Shown piece after piece: positions 24,938 through 29,498 of a stretch of 29,498 bases of DNA. Positions within the stretch are counted from its first letter, which is position 1. Each line of letters starts with the position of its first letter. Under the pieces are notes generated by a model that saw nothing but the letters and a program-made list of their open reading frames with translations, searched no databases and was not told where the DNA came from. A program made the position numbers and the translations under genes. The stretch is from a virus (lineage: Duplodnaviria; Caudoviricetes), in IMG/VR virus record IMGVR_UViG_3300020042_004974, positions 1 through 29,498 of that record; one strand, given 5' to 3'.

Positions 24938-25410
24938 TTTGCTAGAGGATTATCTAATGCTTTTTGTATCTTACTGTCTATCTCTTTACGAATTTGGCGC
25001 ATGTCTTGATCCACTTCTCGGTTGAGTTGTTTACCATCTCGCTCTACTTGCTCAACTACTTTTTCTAATCTACGGACATCTTGCTTCAAGTCGTTCTTGA
25101 TATCTTGAGTATACTGTACAGACTTTTCTGAGTTTTGCATAGTGATTTCCATCTTCTTGTTTAGTTCAGACAAGTCTGGCGCCACATACTCAGCAATACG
25201 CTTCTTCATACCTTGATAATCTTTGTATACTTCAAACGTGCCGTAAAGGCCACCAAGAACGGATGATATAAGGGTTGCAGCAACCATTAGTTTAGCTGGA
25301 GTAAACTCGTAGCCTCCGATTGAGATTACAGTATCCTTACTTGCAAACTTCTTTGCTGCTGCTTCTAACTCATCGACCTTCTTATTAAGATCTACTTTCT
25401 CTTCTGACAT
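24934..25410 (-). CDS. Single-TM coiled-coil protein, short paralog
   Basis: TM then heptads; ends KALDNPLAK. Confidence 0.85.
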   Translation of the reverse strand: MSEEKVDLNKKVDELEAAAKKFASKDTVISIGGYEFTPAKLMVAATLISSVLGGLYGTFEVYKDYQGMKKRIAEYVAPDLSELNKKMEITMQNSEKSVQYTQDIKNDLKQDVRRLEKVVEQVERDGKQLNREVDQDMRQIRKEIDSKIQKALDNPLAK

Positions 25411-25424
25411 AGCTTCCTTCTTCC

Positions 25425-26021
25425 TTAATTGGACAGAGGATTATCCAACGCTTTCTTAATCTTCATATCAACTTCACTTCTCAACGCACGGATTTCCGCT
25501 GTTGTTTCTTTTTGGTTTTTAACTAACTCTTGTGTTACTTCTTTCACACTCTGATCACTATATCTACGAACTTCTTTTAATGTAGTGTCAGATTCTTTTT
25601 TAATTTCTTTAATTGCTTGGTCAGTATCTCTCTGACTAGACTTTGTAGATCTTTCCATATTCTCAACAACAGACTCTACTCTACGAACATCTTGCTTTAA
25701 GTCGTTCTTAATGTTGTTAGTATATTCAGTCATCTTGCTAGTGTTTGCATCTAAGACTTCCATCTTTTTATACAACTCAGTCAAGTCTGGTGTGACATAC
25801 TCGGCTATCTTTTTCTTCATGCCCATGTAGTCTTTATACACTTCGAACGTGCCATAAAGACCACCTAGCAATGAGGAAACTAATGTAAATGCTACCATCA
25901 GCTTAGCTGGAGTAAATTCATACCCACCAATACTAATTACTGTGTCTTTGCTAGCATACTTTTTGACTGCTGCCTCGGCTTCGTCAATCTTTGCGTTGAC
26001 GTCTTTAATTTCTTCTGCCAT
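25425..26021 (-). CDS. Single-TM coiled-coil protein, long paralog
   Basis: Shares ASKDTVISIGGYEFTPAKLMVA and KALDNPL with the neighbour. Confidence 0.85.
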   Translation of the reverse strand: MAEEIKDVNAKIDEAEAAVKKYASKDTVISIGGYEFTPAKLMVAFTLVSSLLGGLYGTFEVYKDYMGMKKKIAEYVTPDLTELYKKMEVLDANTSKMTEYTNNIKNDLKQDVRRVESVVENMERSTKSSQRDTDQAIKEIKKESDTTLKEVRRYSDQSVKEVTQELVKNQKETTAEIRALRSEVDMKIKKALDNPLSN

Positions 26022-26024
26022 GTT

Positions 26025-26801
26025 TTATCTTCCTACGTATATGTGTTTTTGTGATTCTTTTTGTCTCTGTAACTCAGATTTTGGTATCCATCCATTCCCA
26101 TATTGAGGATACTTTTCAATTCTATCTTTAATAACATACAAAATCATTATTCCAACACTACATGCAACCACCAAGCTTCCGATACCAATTAACATATTAA
26201 TGTAAAGCATATGTTTCCTTTGTCTTTCTCTCTTCATATCAATTTCATGCTGTTTCATCTGTCGTATAATGAGACCTTTTTGTTGCTTGCCCATTATTTG
26301 CATCATCTCTTCCACATCAGTATGCAAAGCCCCTAATTCTGAAGGGCTCTGGTATACCATTATTTCGCGCAACTCTGTTCCCATTTGCTCTAATTGCTTT
26401 TTCATTAGAACACGTTGTAAGGCTCTCTTACCTAAACTACTTTCGCCTTGATATACTTCATTCTTACTACGCTTTTCTTCTTCCTCAAAAATTGCTATAC
26501 ACTTATAATAGTTATCATAATAAGCTCCCAGATGTTCGCCAATTTCCGTATAGATTCCTACAGTCTCACCCTCGCGTTTATTTAATTCAATTACGCGATT
26601 CTTTTCCTTTATCAGAGCATTCTTCTGCTCCGTCGTTGGTGGCTTCTCTGGGGGATGCAGTTTTGCAAACTGTTGATCTAAATCTTTGAGAACATCCTTT
26701 ACCTCACCAGCCGCCCCCTTGATGTCTTTATAAAGTTTACACCCTGCCTTTACGGCTGATACTGCCCCATTACAAAGGGCAAATAACGTTAACGGATCCA
26801 T
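26025..26801 (-). CDS. Helical protein with amphipathic 'MDPL' N-terminus and C-terminal TM
   Basis: 258 aa; TM near residues 198-225. Confidence 0.8.
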   Translation of the reverse strand: MDPLTLFALCNGAVSAVKAGCKLYKDIKGAAGEVKDVLKDLDQQFAKLHPPEKPPTTEQKNALIKEKNRVIELNKREGETVGIYTEIGEHLGAYYDNYYKCIAIFEEEEKRSKNEVYQGESSLGKRALQRVLMKKQLEQMGTELREIMVYQSPSELGALHTDVEEMMQIMGKQQKGLIIRQMKQHEIDMKRERQRKHMLYINMLIGIGSLVVACSVGIMILYVIKDRIEKYPQYGNGWIPKSELQRQKESQKHIYVGR

Positions 26802-28711
26802 TATCTACCTTCATATTGTTTCTCCACCATTTCATTATGAAGTCTATCAGTGCCACCAAACATTCTCAAGTTGGCCCGATTGTCAATAGTTTTTTGATTT
26901 CCATAAACTTGATATGGTTTATAGAATTGTTGCTGTACAATTAATTGTTTGCCATAAGCATCAAACCCAGGAGTGAATCCCATTGCTTGAATTACTACAT
27001 TCTGCACAGCTTTCTGAGCTTCTAGATCAGATGCTTTACCCATTTGATTGGCAAGGTCTTTACCCTTTTCTACTGCTTCTGCTTTTGCTGCAGCTTCTCT
27101 TCGTTCTTGGAGTGCTTGTCGAGCAGTTGGTGCTGCCGGTTTATCAGATGACGCTTGAGCAGTACCAGTATTCTGTGACGGAGAACTGCCTCCAGAGCCT
27201 TTCGGAGCATCATCTTTTTTGTCCTCTGATTTTTGTTCTTGTCTAGCGGCTGGTTCAGCATTTGCTGTTTGGGTTGAAGATCCGGATGCAGCTGGTCCAG
27301 GCGAATTCATGGAAGAGGCAACGGGACTATTGCCAGTAGATGCAGCTGGTCCATCCATTCTTGGAGTTGTAATTGCAGCGTTCACGTTACTATCATTTGT
27401 AAGAGCGACACCAGTAGAAACTTGTCCTGAGTTGCTGATCGAAGTTACTGGCTGAGTTGTCGATACATTAGTGGCCCCTGGACCAGAATAACCTGATGTA
27501 GCTGGTCCAGCATTTGAGTTTTGGGTAGTCGATGTGTCACAGCCAACCGTACATCTTGAATCAGCTGGCCCATAACTTATTGTTCCAGAAGATGGAATGC
27601 CCAATACATATCTTCTTGCATATGCGTCTGCATAATTGGGGCATGTTCTGTCATACAATCCATCTAATGTGCATTGTTGTGCTTTATACGCTTCAGCATA
27701 ACCAGTACACGTAGTTGAGTAAAGAGGATTAATGGAACACTGATGAGTTAAGTAGGCAGCTGCATAGCCTGGACATTGTGTATTATATAATGAATTTATT
27801 GAACATTGTTGAGTCAAAAAAGCAGCTGCATAACCTGGGCATGATAGATCAAATAATGCACTTATTGCACATTGTTGAGTTGTGTATGCAGCTTGGTATC
27901 CTGGACATGAGGGCAATGATAGTGGATTAATAATACACTGATCGACAACATTAGTACCACTCAAAGCCCCCCAACTGAACCCAGTCGTTGGACCAGTAAG
28001 TCCCATTCCATTATAGAGTTGAACGTGTTGACCTTGCGATAAATCTCCAGTCATACCAATAGTAACGCCGTGTGTTGAGGAAATAAATGTTCCACCATAA
28101 CGAACATCAAATGCGCCACTATTGTTTATTTTTAATTCAAATGTGTTTCTATTATCTCTTTGGCCATATTGACTTTGATTGTACCACCCATAAGTCATAG
28201 AGTCTGCTGTTCCACGATAGTAGGTAGTATTACCATCGAAGTCAACTAAGTCTGTCCATAATGGCATAATAGAATAATTATGACCAGTGTTTGTGTTTGT
28301 AGTCAAATCTGAACCATGGCAACAGAAAGCGTTGTTCCAAGTTGGCCAACCATTGGTAGGAACTGGCCTTCCAAACTGGACTACCCCGTTGCTATACATT
28401 GTGGATTCGTTAAATGACTGTCCCCAATAAGAAAATTGGAATGGCAATGGAATATTCTTCCACCCATCATCTCCCATTTGAATAAGGGTCGAATCGGTTA
28501 GATTATTAATATTTTGAAGGGGTAGTGCAGCAGAACCCTGACCAACGGTAATGGATAATCCAGAGTCTCCGGGAATTGGAATTGATACCAAACTACCTGT
28601 CCCACCATTAACAGTAGTCACGGTTAGATTAGTTCCAGGAATCAATAGTTGTGCTTGTGCTACTGAAATACTCAGTAAACAACTAAACAAAAGAACAACT
28701 AGAGACTTCAC
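26801..28711 (-). CDS. Exported protein with NIDO-like domain, Cys-rich repeats and low-complexity stalk
   Basis: Signal peptide; GDDG...IPLPFQFSYWGQSF...SNG...IMPLWTDL...NTFE; S/T/A/P/G-rich region. Confidence 0.8.
   Translation of the reverse strand: MKSLVVLLFSCLLSISVAQAQLLIPGTNLTVTTVNGGTGSLVSIPIPGDSGLSITVGQGSAALPLQNINNLTDSTLIQMGDDGWKNIPLPFQFSYWGQSFNESTMYSNGVVQFGRPVPTNGWPTWNNAFCCHGSDLTTNTNTGHNYSIMPLWTDLVDFDGNTTYYRGTADSMTYGWYNQSQYGQRDNRNTFELKINNSGAFDVRYGGTFISSTHGVTIGMTGDLSQGQHVQLYNGMGLTGPTTGFSWGALSGTNVVDQCIINPLSLPSCPGYQAAYTTQQCAISALFDLSCPGYAAAFLTQQCSINSLYNTQCPGYAAAYLTHQCSINPLYSTTCTGYAEAYKAQQCTLDGLYDRTCPNYADAYARRYVLGIPSSGTISYGPADSRCTVGCDTSTTQNSNAGPATSGYSGPGATNVSTTQPVTSISNSGQVSTGVALTNDSNVNAAITTPRMDGPAASTGNSPVASSMNSPGPAASGSSTQTANAEPAARQEQKSEDKKDDAPKGSGGSSPSQNTGTAQASSDKPAAPTARQALQERREAAAKAEAVEKGKDLANQMGKASDLEAQKAVQNVVIQAMGFTPGFDAYGKQLIVQQQFYKPYQVYGNQKTIDNRANLRMFGGTDRLHNEMVEKQYEGR
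27611..27940 (-). repeat. Five tandem 22-aa repeats QC-x9-C(P/T)(G/N)Y..A(Y/F)
   Basis: QCIINPLSLPSCPGYQAAYTTQ and four following copies. Confidence 0.9.
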
Positions 28712-28714
28712 TGG

Positions 28715-29188
28715 TTAGTCCTTGCTCTTAATCTTTTGTGGCTGGCGATCTGGGGCAGATTCCCAAATTGCTTTAGCTGGCTCGCCAATTTTACCATCAA
28801 CTGGACATGGTGTACCAGCATTCATCATCGCCGAGAATACTCGTTCATCTTGACACATGATGGAAACTGCTGCAACTTTCATACCCATGTCATAAATGCC
28901 ACGAGCAAGTTTAAGTCTTTCGCAATTTTTATCAACCATGGTAGAACCAAAGCTGATACCTAAGATTTGAGTTTGAGCTGCTCCGGATACACCCACTGCA
29001 CAGACGTCGGAGTTAATAACCGTAACTGCTGGTGCAACCGCGGTTGGAGGTGGGGATTTTACTGTGGTTGTGCTTGTGGAAGTAGAGTCAGTTGTAGATC
29101 TACTAGTCGAATCAGTAACAATGGGATCAGCCATTGCCATGGATGTAAACATAACAAAAAGCACCGCTGTAGCGATCTTTTTGTACAT
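28715..29188 (-). CDS. Exported protein with four Cys
   Basis: Signal peptide ending AMA; S/T linker; SPPPTAVAP...DVC...DKNCERLKLAR...MC.D.RVF..M..AGTPCP. Confidence 0.85.
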   Translation of the reverse strand: MYKKIATAVLFVMFTSMAMADPIVTDSTSRSTTDSTSTSTTTVKSPPPTAVAPAVTVINSDVCAVGVSGAAQTQILGISFGSTMVDKNCERLKLARGIYDMGMKVAAVSIMCQDERVFSAMMNAGTPCPVDGKIGEPAKAIWESAPDRQPQKIKSKD

Positions 29189-29249
29189 TTTTTAATTCTT
29201 TCGTTTTTTTGTGTTATAAGGAATCTCATAACAAAGTACTGCTTGTACC

Positions 29250-29257
29250 TATTTATA
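29250..29257 (-). promoter_or_regulatory. T4-type late promoter (perfect consensus)
   Basis: TATAAATA in the intergenic gap. Confidence 0.8.
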
Positions 29258-29263
29258 TCAATG

Positions 29264-29452
29264 TCAGAATCTTGTCGTTCCGTCCTCATCATCTTCTTCT
29301 TCATCATCATCTTCCTCATCGATGAGATGATACCCGCAAAATGGGCAGAACTCTGGTTCTACTTCTTCATCATCTATTTTGGTTATTGTGTATTCCGCAT
29401 CACAATTTATACAAAGGATTATATTTTCCTCTTGCTCGTCGTACTGAAACAT
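29264..29452 (-). CDS. Small acidic zinc-ribbon protein
   Basis: CINC...CPFCG with D/E tail; AGGAGG RBS. Confidence 0.8.
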   Translation of the reverse strand: MFQYDEQEENIILCINCDAEYTITKIDDEEVEPEFCPFCGYHLIDEEDDDEEEDDEDGTTRF

Positions 29453-29498
29453 TTTACCTCCTAAATTGTATTAGACCAAACACCTTAAAAATATTGAT

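Noticed and set aside
1-29498. Stop-codon reassignment or introns/inteins
   Set aside because: Known genes (rnh, phoH, AAA ATPase, glycosyltransferases) are full length and uninterrupted in the standard code, and TAA, TAG and TGA all act as stops.

Overview
A 29.5 kb segment of a large T4-like myovirus, probably an uncultured freshwater phage. Support: denV, rnh, phoH with an adjacent exonuclease, a CAT-anticodon tRNA, and T4-type TATAAATA late promoters. Four blocks are visible. (i) 1-7089: minus-strand early accessory genes driven by sigma70-like promoters. They include a family of small 'MNERI...FAELIV.EC...HFGVEE' paralogs whose shared DNA junction also ends unrelated genes. (ii) 7094-12266: a plus-strand late island with a highly structured leader, three tail/fibre-type genes, a modular 705-aa protein and a NUMOD3-type protein. 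(iii) 12225-21828: minus-strand host-takeover and DNA-metabolism genes (MazG-like, AAA ATPase, exonuclease, PhoH, RNase H, glycosyltransferase, tRNA, GIY-YIG). (iv) 21825-29452: minus-strand late units made of seven secreted/membrane proteins followed by an LpxH/PlcP-like phosphoesterase, a GT4 glycosyltransferase and a GATase-like protein. Family calls come from motif recognition only; no database searches were run.
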